The translations under genes and the position numbers were made by a program. A DNA stretch of 63,791 nt, the filler included. It is 4 parts of 4 records of this genome, joined end to end, with 100 filler letters (N's around TTAATTAATTAA, not from the genome) between each part and the next. Parts side by side here need not be neighbours in the genome. Positions count along the whole stretch, not along the records: positions 36,632 to 58,113 come from SRR31147125_12205; 3 more parts are not named here. One strand, 5' to 3'. Position 1 is the stretch's first letter, and each line of letters begins with the position of its first letter. Positions 40,363-51,634 of the stretch are shown here, piece by piece. The notes under the pieces were generated by a model. That model did no database searches, was not told the DNA's origin, and worked only from the letters and a program-made list of their open reading frames with translations.

Positions 40363-40977
40363 ATGATGCAATCACCGGCTAAAAAAGGAAGGAGCACTTC
40401 CATGAAAATGGATACAGAGTTCAAAAGCAATTATCCATTTGCTACGATTATTGTTTCAGATGATAAAGGGGCGGTATTGCTGTCAACGGTTATCATCCTG
40501 CTGCTGGTCACACTGATCGGCGTCTCCGGCATCAATACATCCTCCACAGACCTTCAGATCACAAGGAATTACAGGATACAAAAGATGAACGTCGCCCTGG
40601 CAGATGCTGCGGTAAACCGGGCCAAAAGCCTCATTGCATACGGTGGCGCAAGCTCATTGGATTCCTGGGTCAGCAATATCACAGATCTTTATAATGGCGG
40701 ATTGGGTTCCGGCTATTTCAAAGACGGAAATGCCTGGGAAGGGGCTGGCGGCGGAACCAACACCCCGGTCCTGAACGAAATCAACGTTCCTGCAGTGATT
40801 GCCGACTGGGAAGCCGGAATTGCAGCCATCAACCCGACCGCCCTGCCCGGGGAACCTGATACCGAATTCGTGGTATTCAAAAATCTCAACAGTCCGGATG
40901 GAAATTCTGTGGTGATCGCCCGGTCCCGCAGGGATGACGGCGATGTGATTATAGAGGCCGGGTTTAATGAGTTATAG
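40363..40977 (+). CDS. pilX: Minor pilin PilX-like
   Basis: KG/AVLLSTVIILLLVTLIG lacks E5, typical of PilX. Confidence 0.8.
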   Translation: MMQSPAKKGRSTSMKMDTEFKSNYPFATIIVSDDKGAVLLSTVIILLLVTLIGVSGINTSSTDLQITRNYRIQKMNVALADAAVNRAKSLIAYGGASSLDSWVSNITDLYNGGLGSGYFKDGNAWEGAGGGTNTPVLNEINVPAVIADWEAGIAAINPTALPGEPDTEFVVFKNLNSPDGNSVVIARSRRDDGDVIIEAGFNEL

Positions 40978-41046
40978 TCGTACAATCACCATATGCGTCA
41001 TTTTAAACGCGCACATCCACGAATCGCCACCCCAAAAGGACAATAT

Positions 41047-41770
41047 ATGATCCTATCCGTAAAAAAAACATTTACCCGGGCGTTCCTGTCTCTGTTTCTT
41101 ATACCGGTATTGGCTTTTCCGGTTTCTGCCGCCCAGTTCACCCCGCCAAAAGAAATTGTCAGTAAAGAAAAGCTGCCCATCAATGAGTTCAACCTGATCC
41201 GGACAAAACAGGGGGGAACCTATCTGATAACCCCGGACGGACGCTATGTATTCCAGGGTGCCCTTTTTGACGTATGGAACGGAGAGCAGGTACAGAGCAT
41301 AGATCAGATGAAAAAACTTGGGGATAAAATCAATCTCAATTACCTGGGCATAGATCCGGACAAAATGTTTACGCTAACCCTGGGAAAAGGCAGCAAGGAA
41401 GTCTTTATATTCTCAGACCCCAATTGCAGTCTTTGCCATAAACTGCTGAAAGCCGTCAGGGATTCCAAAATGATCCAGGCAAATTTTCGTGTCAGGGCCG
41501 TTATCACCCCGATTTTAACCGAAACCAGCATGGATAAGTCCCTTCAACTCGCCCAATTGGCCAAAAAAATCCTGAAGGGGCTGTAGATGCTTTTATTAAC
41601 AATTCCTATGACACGCTTAAAAAAACCGTGCCTGCCCCCCGGGCATTCACTACAACCTGCTTGTGGCCAAGGCCTTGTCCATCCGCAATTTCCCCTATCT
41701 TGTCAATTCCCGGGGCCGGATACACATCGGCATGCCAGAAGATCTTTTTTTGTTCTTATCCGAACAATAG
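41047..41770 (+). CDS. DsbC/DsbG-like thiol:disulfide oxidoreductase (frameshifted near 41565 and 41620-41640)
   Basis: Signal peptide, DGRYVFQG, FSDPNCSLC (CxxC), shifted-frame IRNFPYL cis-Pro loop. Confidence 0.8.
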
Positions 41771-41808
41771 GACGATACAGTGCAACATCAGGCGCAAAGG
41801 AGCGAAAT

Positions 41809-42165
41809 ATGAAACATTTATCCATTAACCTGCTTTTTTTACTTTGTCTGCTGGTGTGCGCAGGCCCTTCTTCAGGCAATATCTATCCCCAGATGGATGA
41901 CAGTGGGGAGCCGATCAAGGTCACACTTAATCAATACAGGGAAAACGGCTATAAGGTATTGATGGGGCCGGTCCAGTACCTGGGAAAAACCAAAACCCAT
42001 ATCATGCTCTACAGGCAGAACCCTTTAGCCTACCAAGATCTTAAGGTCATCAATGAAAACGGCCGTTCCTGGTTTGTCAAAAAAGGGCAGTTTGTTTATG
42101 TGCTCTCCAAAAAAGGCCGCATCGTATTGATCCACATAGGCAAAAAGGAGGTGAAGGATGCATAA
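41809..42165 (+). CDS. Small exported hypothetical protein
   Basis: AAGGAG RBS, signal peptide; overlaps the pilY1 start. Confidence 0.65.
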   Translation: MKHLSINLLFLLCLLVCAGPSSGNIYPQMDDSGEPIKVTLNQYRENGYKVLMGPVQYLGKTKTHIMLYRQNPLAYQDLKVINENGRSWFVKKGQFVYVLSKKGRIVLIHIGKKEVKDA

Positions 42166-45100
42166 TAGAACACAACCGGGTCTGATCATGGCAATGGTAA
42201 CGGCGGCGGCCATTTTATTTTCATCCCCGGCCATGGCCACCAATGACACCTATGCCAACCTGCCCCCTTTATCAGTGCCGATGCAAAGGCCAATGTAATT
42301 TTTGTCACGGATTTCTCCGGCAGTATGCAGGGACCGGCCTATTACGGCACGGAATGGGACGGGTATGAGTCCTCCAAGGTTGCCGATTATGGTGATGAAG
42401 GCGAAGTCTCTGCCAGTTATAATCAAAACACAGAATATTACGGGTATTTTGATCCGGACAAATACTATAGCTACGACAGCACAAATAAATATTGGTATGT
42501 GGATACGGGCACAAGTTATTCCAACCGGGAAGCCGGGAATAAAGACAGCCTGTCAGGTAACTTGCTAAATTTCATAGTCACATCAAGGGTTGATGCGGTC
42601 CTTAAAAACCTCATCGGCGGCAAGGCCGACTGCCCGGTTGGTGCCGACTACTGCATTCTCGAATCCCAGGGAGGGAGGCGCTGGGTGGAGGTTACGAATC
42701 TTAATGCAGACTGCCATGTCCGGCCCGAAGATTATACCAATGGGGATTATCTGGGCAAGGACATGTTGATTTCCGTTGAAGATGAAGGGGGCACCTCTAA
42801 AATCGGCACCTTTTCGAACCGGTATGCCAGGGTCAAAATAGATGCCGATGATCGTAAGGGGGTGATCCAGACCAACTTCGACCTGGTGAGATTCGGTTTA
42901 ATTGCCTATGCCAACACATCCAATGATACGGCAGAGCAAGGCATGATCAAGTACGGGGTCCATGAAAACAGCCTCACCAGCCTGATTTCCGCCCTGGAAA
43001 GCACCATCCCCTATTCGGGCACCCATACGGGCGAGGCTTTGAGAGAGGCCTATTATTATCTCACCCAGGACAGTTCCGCCCAGTCATACAACGATATCTA
43101 CATCAGTGACGGGACCGTCAAGGACCCCTATTATGAAAAAAGAGAAGACGGCACTCTGGAACCGGCCTGGTGCAGAAAGAGCTTTATCGTTCTGATATCC
43201 GATGGTGAATGGAACGGCAGTATTGATCCGGACACCTGGGCACACAATCTCCATATCGACGATCTAAGGGAGACCGACGGCGGGGGTAAAAAAGACAAAT
43301 TCCCCGAAAAACAGAATGCCAACGTTTATTCCCTCTTTGCCTTTTCAGACGACCAGGACGGAGAGGATTCCATGCAGACCGTGGCTGCATTCGGAAGCTA
43401 TAATGAGATCGGCACCTGTACGGCCGGCTCCCCCTATACACTCAGTGAAGGGACCAGCAGTCTTAACAACAGCTTTCCCCCGGCCAATTGCAACCCTGCC
43501 GGCACCTACAACAATTGCTGTGCCGAATGGGATTCCGAAGACCGCAACGGCATACCCGACGCTTTTTATTATGCCAGCAACGGCCAGGCCCTTTCCCAAG
43601 CCCTCACGGATATCTTTGAAGAAATCCGCCAGGGGACCTCTTCAGGCACGGCCGTAACTGCTTTGACATCCAGGGTCTCCTCAGGCAATGTCATTGCCCA
43701 GGCCGCCTTTTATCCGGATAAGGAATTTGATGACGGCAAAACCGTGGTCTGGACAGGGGATGTATTTGCAGAATGGTATTTAAACGGTTTCATTGAGGAT
43801 GCAACAGGGGCCTCCGTCCTGGTTCAGAACATCCGGGAAGATACCGACGGGGACTATGAGCTGAAAATTGAAAAAGACCGGATACTGGAATATCTCATCA
43901 ATAATAAAAACCTGACCATCAATGCCTATGACTCCAACCAGTACGGCACCAAAAAAGACGCCACAATCGACCAGTCCTATAACGCCATAGAAGATGTGAA
44001 AAATCTGTTTGACTGCGGCGAACTGCTCAGAACCAGGGATCCGGATACCCGAACCATTTACGGGGTGGCCGAAGACGATACCCTGAAAGAATTTAAAGCG
44101 GCAAATCAAACCAGTTTTGATGCCCTTTTGGGTACAACGGCCGCAGAATTCCCCACCTGCCTTTTAAACGCCGGCAATCCCCAATACGATGATCTGATCG
44201 ATTATACCCGGGGCAAGGATATTACAAACTGCAGGTCAAGGGCCACCAATAATCTGGCCGGTGAAAATGTCTGGAAAATCGGGGATATCATATACTCCTC
44301 CCCCACCATTGTGGAATACGACGATTATGCCATGGTCTATACGGGCAGCAATGCAGGCATACTCCACGCATTCAGGGTGGGGTATATTAAAAATATTGGA
44401 AAGCCGTTGAATCCGGCCAAACTCTGCGACGATGACACCGCCGCCACCTGCACCCACACCAAGCTTGGGTTTGAAGAATGGGCCTTTGTACCCAAGGATG
44501 CCATGCCCTACCTAAGGTATATGGCGGATCCGGACTACGACCATATTTACGGCGTGGACCTTAAACCCTATATCATCGATATGGGATCCAAAATCATTCT
44601 CATCGGGGGGATGCGCCTGGGTGGGGCCTGCAACACCGGCACGGTCAACCCGCCCGCGGACACCGATCCTGTCGGCCGGTCCGCCTATTTTGCCCTGGAC
44701 ATCACAGACCCCCAGAATCCCAAATACCTGTGGAAATATGCCCCGGACGGCATGGGCTTCACCTATTCAGGCCCGGCCTATATCAAAAGAAAAGATGCCA
44801 AAAACAAATGGCATTATTTTGTCATGTTCGCCTCCGGCCCCAACGGGTACGAGGGCACCTCCACCCAGGATCTACAGATTTTTACCGTGGATCTTTTCAC
44901 CGGCGCTGAAATAGACGTGTTCGGAGACAAGCCTTCTGAGCTGGGCATAAACAAAGGGTTCGGGGGCAGGCTTTTCACCAACGGCCTGGACGTTAATGAA
45001 GACGGCCAGACCGATTTTGTATTCCTGGGATATACGGACAATGCCGACGGCCCATACAGTAAAATGAAAGGCGGCATCATAAAGATCTATACAGGATCTG

Positions 45101-45858
45101 ACGACCCGAAAAAATGGGATTTTGACAAAACCTATCTGTCTTTTGCCGCCAACCCCATCACCGCACCGATTAAAGCCATGGACTGTTTTCCTGACCAGTT
45201 AAAATTCCCCTTTCTCTATTTCGGCACAGGCCGGTATTTTGTTTCAGATGACAAAACCCAGGACCATGCCAGTGCCAGCCCCGACATTAACCATTTATAC
45301 GGGGTCCCCTTTATCTATGATGAAAATAACGCCCGCATTGCCGGCGGGTCCAGCATCAACAGCGCCAACAACGCCAGCGCCCTGACCTGTGACTCCCTTG
45401 ACAAGATCAACACCAATCCCCAGCAGGCCAGTTGGTATATCCCATTGACAGAGGCCGGCGGAAGCTTTTTAAGGGAGCGGTCCTATTCCGATCCCACCAC
45501 AACGGAATTCAATGTTTTATTTTTTGACACGGCCCAGCCCACTGGCGTGGTCTGCGAATGCGGCGGCAGATCCAGGTCATGGGTGGTCAACTGCGCCACT
45601 GGAATGGGGGTGGGGGATGTACTCTGCGACACTCCCGGAGACGATCCCACCAAATACATGGTGGACTCGAAAATTGCATTCAAATACCTGGTCCAATTGT
45701 CCGGCGGGGATATCCAGCAGCATGAAAAAGGGGAATTCAGCGAGGACGGAGGCAGGACAACCAAATGGCACGAAGGGGTCCCGGCCGAACAGGGCGGGCT
45801 GCCCACGTTCCCGCCGGGTTCAATTCTGGGACAGTTATTGTACTGGAAACAATGGTGA
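42158..45858 (+). CDS. pilY1: Type IV pilus adhesin PilY1/PilC with vWA domain (indel near 42265)
   Basis: Signal peptide from 42158; MIDAS DFSGSM; GDIIYSSP, GILHAF, EEWAFVP, YFGTGRY beta-propeller motifs; DVNEDGQTD Ca-binding loop. Confidence 0.9.
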
Positions 45859-45975
45859 TTATAATCCGCAAATCAATACCATTTAGTCTCAATTAGTCTG
45901 GTGCAACTAAGAACCTTTCAAATGATGCTAAAACATTTGGGTTTAATTTTTAATGTTGCACCTTACTGACTGATA

Positions 45976-46917
45976 TCATTTTTTATTCGCCTCCATATCA
46001 AACCACATGGCAAACAGAGTAAACTGGGTGGCGCTGATAAAAGACACCATTGCAGCCAGTGCATTTATAGACGGTATCTGACCGTTTAGGTACCACATGA
46101 CGAATAGTCTTAGGAACAACAAAAATGAAGCCATTGCCGAAATAAACCCGAAAAAATAAAAGAATACCAAGGGATGAAAATCCCTGATAATGTATTTTTC
46201 TTTTATGCGCCAAACAAACAATTTTACAAGCAACCACCCTATACTAAAAATCACCTTCCGAATCCGGATACCTGATTTCTCGCCGATATTGTAAACCGGC
46301 TCTATAGGAATATCTTTAACAATAAAATTTTCAACATTCAGCCTTACAAGTATATCATTGGGTTGGCCGTACCTTTTGTACATTTCATTCCAGTCAATAG
46401 ACTTCAGGGCTTTTTTATTTATCACAGTATATCCGGATTGAGAATCTGCAATCTGCCAATATCCTGAAGCAATTTTGGTAAACAGGGACAGGAAGCTGTT
46501 TCCAAAATACCTGATCTTTGGGATTTTTTGAAACGCTTCGCCAGTAAAAAGCCGGTTTCCTTTCGTGTAATCGGCTTCACCATTCACCACAGGGTCAAGT
46601 AAAGCGGGCAAATCATCCGGGTTCATCTGACCGTCTCCAGCCATAACGACCGCCATATCCATATCATTGTCCCTGGCCCATTTATATCCTGTCGCAATAC
46701 TACCGCCGACCCCTTGGTTTTCATCATGGGCAATTAAAACTATCTTTTCGTGTGAGAGGCTATAATCGTTTACAACGGCAATTGTATTATCAGTGCTTAA
46801 ATCATCTACAATAACAATATGATCAATAAACTCAGGCATGGTTTCAATAACCATGCCGATCTGGGTTTCTTCATTGTAACAGGGAACTACGACGCACACT
46901 CTTTTATTTTTGTACAT
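45976..46917 (-). CDS. GT2 glycosyltransferase (DPM-synthase-like, with C-terminal TMs)
   Basis: VVPCYNEE, VDDLSTD, MAGDGQM, DSQSGY; two C-terminal TM helices. Confidence 0.9.
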   Translation of the reverse strand: MYKNKRVCVVVPCYNEETQIGMVIETMPEFIDHIVIVDDLSTDNTIAVVNDYSLSHEKIVLIAHDENQGVGGSIATGYKWARDNDMDMAVVMAGDGQMNPDDLPALLDPVVNGEADYTKGNRLFTGEAFQKIPKIRYFGNSFLSLFTKIASGYWQIADSQSGYTVINKKALKSIDWNEMYKRYGQPNDILVRLNVENFIVKDIPIEPVYNIGEKSGIRIRKVIFSIGWLLVKLFVWRIKEKYIIRDFHPLVFFYFFGFISAMASFLLFLRLFVMWYLNGQIPSINALAAMVSFISATQFTLFAMWFDMEANKK

Positions 46918-47442
46918 GGTTTCTCCGGGATTGCATAATTGCATAAATGGTTATGGCTTCAGACTGAAAAACACATAGTCAACCGTTGAACAAAAATAGC
47001 ATCAAACACGGTTTGATCAACGGTGCCATATATGTCTTCACGATAATCCATACATTGATTTGTAAACTCATTATAGCATTTTATGTACCATCTCCTTGCG
47101 AATATTTTCATATAAATAACCTAGCATTAAGGAAGTAGCAATCTATATCTACTGCCCAAAGGGATCTTTTTCCAAGCTGATTCTCAAAGCTGCACTCAAT
47201 GGAATTGATCACAACATTATTTCTTTAAATTTTTCCGAGGAATTTGCAAATTATTCTGACCGCTGATATGTGCATAGTCAGTTTTTCAATGTATGGAATT
47301 AATTGTAGAGAAGCACACTTTATTTTGGAGCAGCGGCGTACATAATTTCTAAACGCTGTCAGAACTGCCTTAGCCCTATTTTTTTAAACCTCATACATTT
47401 TTATTGACAAAACCTTTGTTTCCAATCTAGTTAAGAAAGACT

Positions 47443-48204
47443 ATGATAGATTTTACACTAAAAAGCTATGCACATTATCTTAAGCTGATTAAAGATCGCT
47501 TTGATCACATATTAACATTTAATGATTATTTTTCATCTCCTGAACGTTGGAAAGAATTTTGCCTTTTGCGCCATGATGTGGACCGTTTGCCGGGTAACGC
47601 CCTAAAAATGGCTCGCATAGAAAACAGCTTTGGGATATCAAGCAGTTACTATTTTAGAGCTAAAAAATTCATTATGAACAAAAGGATAATGACTGAAATT
47701 TCCAACCTGGGTCATGAGATCGGATATCATTATGAATCCCTTTCAGATGCAAAGGGAAATAAGGATGATGCATTCGAAGATTTTAAAAACAATTTGAAAA
47801 CAATGCGTAAAATAATCCCTGTTTACACTATTGCCATGCACGGGAAGCCCTTAAGTCCCCATGACAGCAGAAAAATGTGGGAAAATAGTTCCTATAAAGA
47901 AACCCTACACAGAGGACTAAATATTAAAGGGGAAGTTTATCTGGACATAGATTATAAAGATATTGCCTATATCACCGATACTGGTAGAAACTGGAAAAGT
48001 AACGCTTCTAATATACGAGATCATGTGAATTCAAATATCAACCTGAATCTGACAAACCAAGCAGCCTTAATTAATTTTTTTAAATCACCCCATCCAAAAA
48101 CCATTTTTCTAACCCACCCTGAACGATGGCATGATAATGCTATCTGGTTCGGAGGACAGCTTTTTATTGATACCGCAGTAAACGGCGTTAAACGATTTTT
48201 ATGA
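47443..48204 (+). CDS. Polysaccharide deacetylase-like protein
   Basis: LRHDVD, GHEIGYHYE, THPERW. Confidence 0.7.
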   Translation: MIDFTLKSYAHYLKLIKDRFDHILTFNDYFSSPERWKEFCLLRHDVDRLPGNALKMARIENSFGISSSYYFRAKKFIMNKRIMTEISNLGHEIGYHYESLSDAKGNKDDAFEDFKNNLKTMRKIIPVYTIAMHGKPLSPHDSRKMWENSSYKETLHRGLNIKGEVYLDIDYKDIAYITDTGRNWKSNASNIRDHVNSNINLNLTNQAALINFFKSPHPKTIFLTHPERWHDNAIWFGGQLFIDTAVNGVKRFL

Positions 48205-48253
48205 TAATTTTAAAAGAATATTTTACACTAAGCGTCAAAGCATTGTAGGCTTT

Positions 48254-49279
48254 ATGAAGATAATTTCTAATATCAATCCTGACACTTATAACCAAGCCAG
48301 ATTATTTAATAATTTTTCTGTCTACCATTCAAAAGAATGGCATCAGTTACTGAATAAATCCTTTGGATGGAACATTCAAGCAATAACTCACAAAGATAAA
48401 AATGATCAACTTGTCTTTTTTTTGCCAATCATCCGTAGCAGAAATTTTAAATTCAAAATTAAATATACAACACTACCTTTAAGTCATCATGTCCCCCCTC
48501 TACTTCTATCCTCATTTAATCCGAATCTTTTGAGTTTTTCTAAGATAGGTACTTTCAATATTGAAATTCACGGGGAATTCCATCATTTTCAAGCGAATTT
48601 ACGTTCTGCCAATAAAATTTCAACATTGTATTTGGATGGAAATATCACAGAAAAAGAAATATTCAGCAAGCTTCATAAATCAAGTATACAAAGAAAAATA
48701 AAAAAAGCCCAAAAAGCAGGAATAAAAGTCTACAACGAAATTAACCTGACAAGTTTCATGGAATTTTATGATTTAGTAGTTGAAACTAGACAGAGACAAG
48801 GTGTTCCAACGTATCCAAAAACCTTTTTTAAAGAATTATATCAAATTAGTCAAAAGACCTCCTATTTTAAATTGTTTATGGCTAGATATAACAACAAGCC
48901 AATATCAGGGGTCATATTTTCTTACAACAGTGGTAAAGCCACATACATGTACGGGGCTTCCTTGAGCGATCAACAATACTTAAAGATGGGATGTAACCAG
49001 GCTGTAATGTGGGCTGCAATCCAAGATGCATATTCTAATGGATTTGTTGAAATAGATTTCGGTTCAACACCAACCTTCCATAAATCTCTATTGGCTTACA
49101 AAGAAAAATGGGGCGCTGTCTCAACGGATTTGTTTTATTCTTATATTGGAAAAAATAACCATACAACGGGGCTTAACCGTGAAAGCAAATTGATAACATT
49201 TACATCTTCTATTTTGAGAAAGATGCCTGGATCTCTATTTAAGCGCGTAACCCCATATATCCTTAAGAGAGTCGTCTAA
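48254..49279 (+). CDS. FemAB-like GNAT acyltransferase
   Basis: RKIKKAQKAG, IDFG, YKEKWGA. Confidence 0.8.
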   Translation: MKIISNINPDTYNQARLFNNFSVYHSKEWHQLLNKSFGWNIQAITHKDKNDQLVFFLPIIRSRNFKFKIKYTTLPLSHHVPPLLLSSFNPNLLSFSKIGTFNIEIHGEFHHFQANLRSANKISTLYLDGNITEKEIFSKLHKSSIQRKIKKAQKAGIKVYNEINLTSFMEFYDLVVETRQRQGVPTYPKTFFKELYQISQKTSYFKLFMARYNNKPISGVIFSYNSGKATYMYGASLSDQQYLKMGCNQAVMWAAIQDAYSNGFVEIDFGSTPTFHKSLLAYKEKWGAVSTDLFYSYIGKNNHTTGLNRESKLITFTSSILRKMPGSLFKRVTPYILKRVV

Positions 49280-49281
49280 AA

Positions 49282-50117
49282 ATGATCCCTCATCTAAAAC
49301 ACCTTATATTTATGATACAAAAACATTTTTTAACGATTAATGGAAATATCTTAGATTCAAAATCCTACTACCTGCGAAAAGAGCTTGGCCCTATTTTTAT
49401 TGTAGGTCCGCCAAGATCGGGTTCTACACTTCTATTTCAATTGATTATCAAATATTGTCATGTGGCCTATATTTCAAATTTAATGGCTCTATTTCCATCA
49501 AAAATGGATATAATTTTCCGATTAACTAAACATTACAAGTATAATGTTGTAAAAGATAGTTATTATGGCTTCGTTCCTGGGATATTTTCGCCTAATGAGG
49601 CCGGCAAGTTAATGGACTTGTGGTTTTTTGCACCTAAAAATAGTCAGCAAAGAAAAAACATCAGAGCCATTGTGTATAGATTATCAACACAAGCAAATGC
49701 ACCTATTCTCATAAAAAACGTGAACAATTCTCTTAGGATCAAAAATATACTAAAAATTTTCCCAAATGCGAGATTTGTCCATATTAAAAGAAACCATGAA
49801 AATAATGTAGCTTCTTTATTGGCAGCAAGAAATAGTCTTAATAAAAATGCCAAAAAATGGTGGAGTGTTGCACCAGATGGATATGAAAACGTTCTTAACC
49901 AACCTGCTATAAAACAAGTAGATTGGCAAATAAAAAAGTTAATTCAATAATTAAAAAAAGTTTAGCTAATGCAAATGGACAATACAGATACATATCTATT
50001 CATTACGAAGATTTGTGCAAAAATACTGCGATAGAATTAACCAGATTATTTAATGCTCTTAAGGTTGGCTATAGTTTGAAAAAGTTTGATTCAAACGATA
50101 TAAAAACAAAAAAATAG
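49282..50117 (+). CDS. Sulfotransferase (indel in A-run near 49935)
   Basis: PAPS-binding IVGPPRSGSTLL; FPNARFVHIKR; IHYEDL in the second frame. Confidence 0.85.
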
Positions 50118-50147
50118 GAATAACAATCTGATAGCTGATTAAAGACT

Positions 50148-50714
50148 ATGATACAGAGTTTAGATAAAATTAAAAAAGGAATAGAGTATTTTTCTTTCCT
50201 TTTTTTATGGCTTGAGTGGTTCTACCCAAAGGCAAAAGGGTTTAACTATATTTATCTATTGTATGCTTTTTTCCCACAAAAAATTTTACGGATAAACGGG
50301 AGAATTCCGTGGCCGGTTCATTTTACTTCAAAAATTTTATTTTTTAAAAACATCCAAATGGGGAACCGATGTTCGCCTGGTATGAGCCCCAACTGCTATA
50401 TTCAAGCAAGGAACGGAATCAAAATCGGCAACAATTTAAGAATGGGACCAGGAGTTGGATTAATTAGTGCCAATCATAGCCCCGATGATTACGACATTCA
50501 TTTAAAGAAAAAACCAATTGTTATTGGCGACAATGTCTGGATCGGTATGAATGCGGTCGTTCTTCCCGGTATAAACATTGGAAATAATGTGATGATAGGA
50601 GCACATGCCGTTGTGACAAAAGATATTCCCCCCAATTCAGTTGCCGCAGGAAACCCTTGCCGGGTAATCCGTAAAAAAAAGCCTTACAAAGGGTTTGATC
50701 ACTCCGAAAAATAG
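50148..50714 (+). CDS. Hexapeptide-repeat O-acetyltransferase
   Basis: IGDNVWIGMNAVVLPG...VAAGNP. Confidence 0.9.
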   Translation: MIQSLDKIKKGIEYFSFLFLWLEWFYPKAKGFNYIYLLYAFFPQKILRINGRIPWPVHFTSKILFFKNIQMGNRCSPGMSPNCYIQARNGIKIGNNLRMGPGVGLISANHSPDDYDIHLKKKPIVIGDNVWIGMNAVVLPGINIGNNVMIGAHAVVTKDIPPNSVAAGNPCRVIRKKKPYKGFDHSEK

Positions 50715-51615
50715 AAAGGCTATTGTGTTTCAAAAGAATTCGAATTTACTGTCTGTTCTGCTTGGGCTTATAGTTCTTAGCCTTGTTTTGTTCAACTGGC
50801 ATCAAATCGTCTATATCTATTCAAAAATCAATCTATATTGGGCCGGTCTTGGGTTGGGCTTCTATATGGGCAATTATATTGTTCGAGGCCTGCGTTTAAA
50901 ATTCTTAACCAAGGGGAAACTCAGATTCATAAATCAAGCATTCCACTATTCGGCTCTTCACGGATTTTTATCCTATCTTTTACCACTCAGAGCAGGAGAC
51001 GCATCACTTCCAATCTTTTTAAAATCGACCGGAAAAATTGGACTTACCCAGGGAATCTTACTTTTGGTGAAAACAAGATTTTTAGATCTGACCATGCTGG
51101 GAATCTTTACAGTTTTTGCTTCATTCTTTGGAGCGAGGGCCATATCGGGACCCATCAGAATAATCTGGATATTCACAGGAATTATCCTATCACTGTCCTT
51201 TTTTATCATCAGGAAACTCGGTACTACAGGCCAATATCTATTAAAAGGCAGGTTTAATTCAGCCATTGGTTTAACCTCAACTCTTAAGCTGAATGCTGAG
51301 GAATTGAGTTTAACAATGTTGATATGGATATTCATTTACGCAAGCCAATTTTGCGTGGTCCGAGCCATGGGGATGGACTTGAGCTTATCGGAAATTCTTT
51401 TTATCTCTGCCATTCAATTTCCCATGCAGATGCTCCCGGTCCAAGGACTTGCCAATGCAGGGAACCACGAAAGCGGATGGGTTTCCGCCCTCTTTTTAAT
51501 GGGGTTTACCGTTGATAAAGGATTGGAATACGCCCTTGTTTCTCACGGAATTTTAATCGTTTATGTTGCTTTTGTAGGAGGGACAGCTCTGATCACAGGT
51601 AAAATAAAGCACTGA
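50695..51615 (+). CDS. Lysylphosphatidylglycerol-synthase TM / flippase-like membrane protein
   Basis: Multi-TM; LPLRAGD, RFLD, LPVQG...GNHE. Confidence 0.75.
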   Translation: MITPKNRKAIVFQKNSNLLSVLLGLIVLSLVLFNWHQIVYIYSKINLYWAGLGLGFYMGNYIVRGLRLKFLTKGKLRFINQAFHYSALHGFLSYLLPLRAGDASLPIFLKSTGKIGLTQGILLLVKTRFLDLTMLGIFTVFASFFGARAISGPIRIIWIFTGIILSLSFFIIRKLGTTGQYLLKGRFNSAIGLTSTLKLNAEELSLTMLIWIFIYASQFCVVRAMGMDLSLSEILFISAIQFPMQMLPVQGLANAGNHESGWVSALFLMGFTVDKGLEYALVSHGILIVYVAFVGGTALITGKIKH

Positions 51616-51634
51616 TTGGTTGGTGCCAGGGCAT

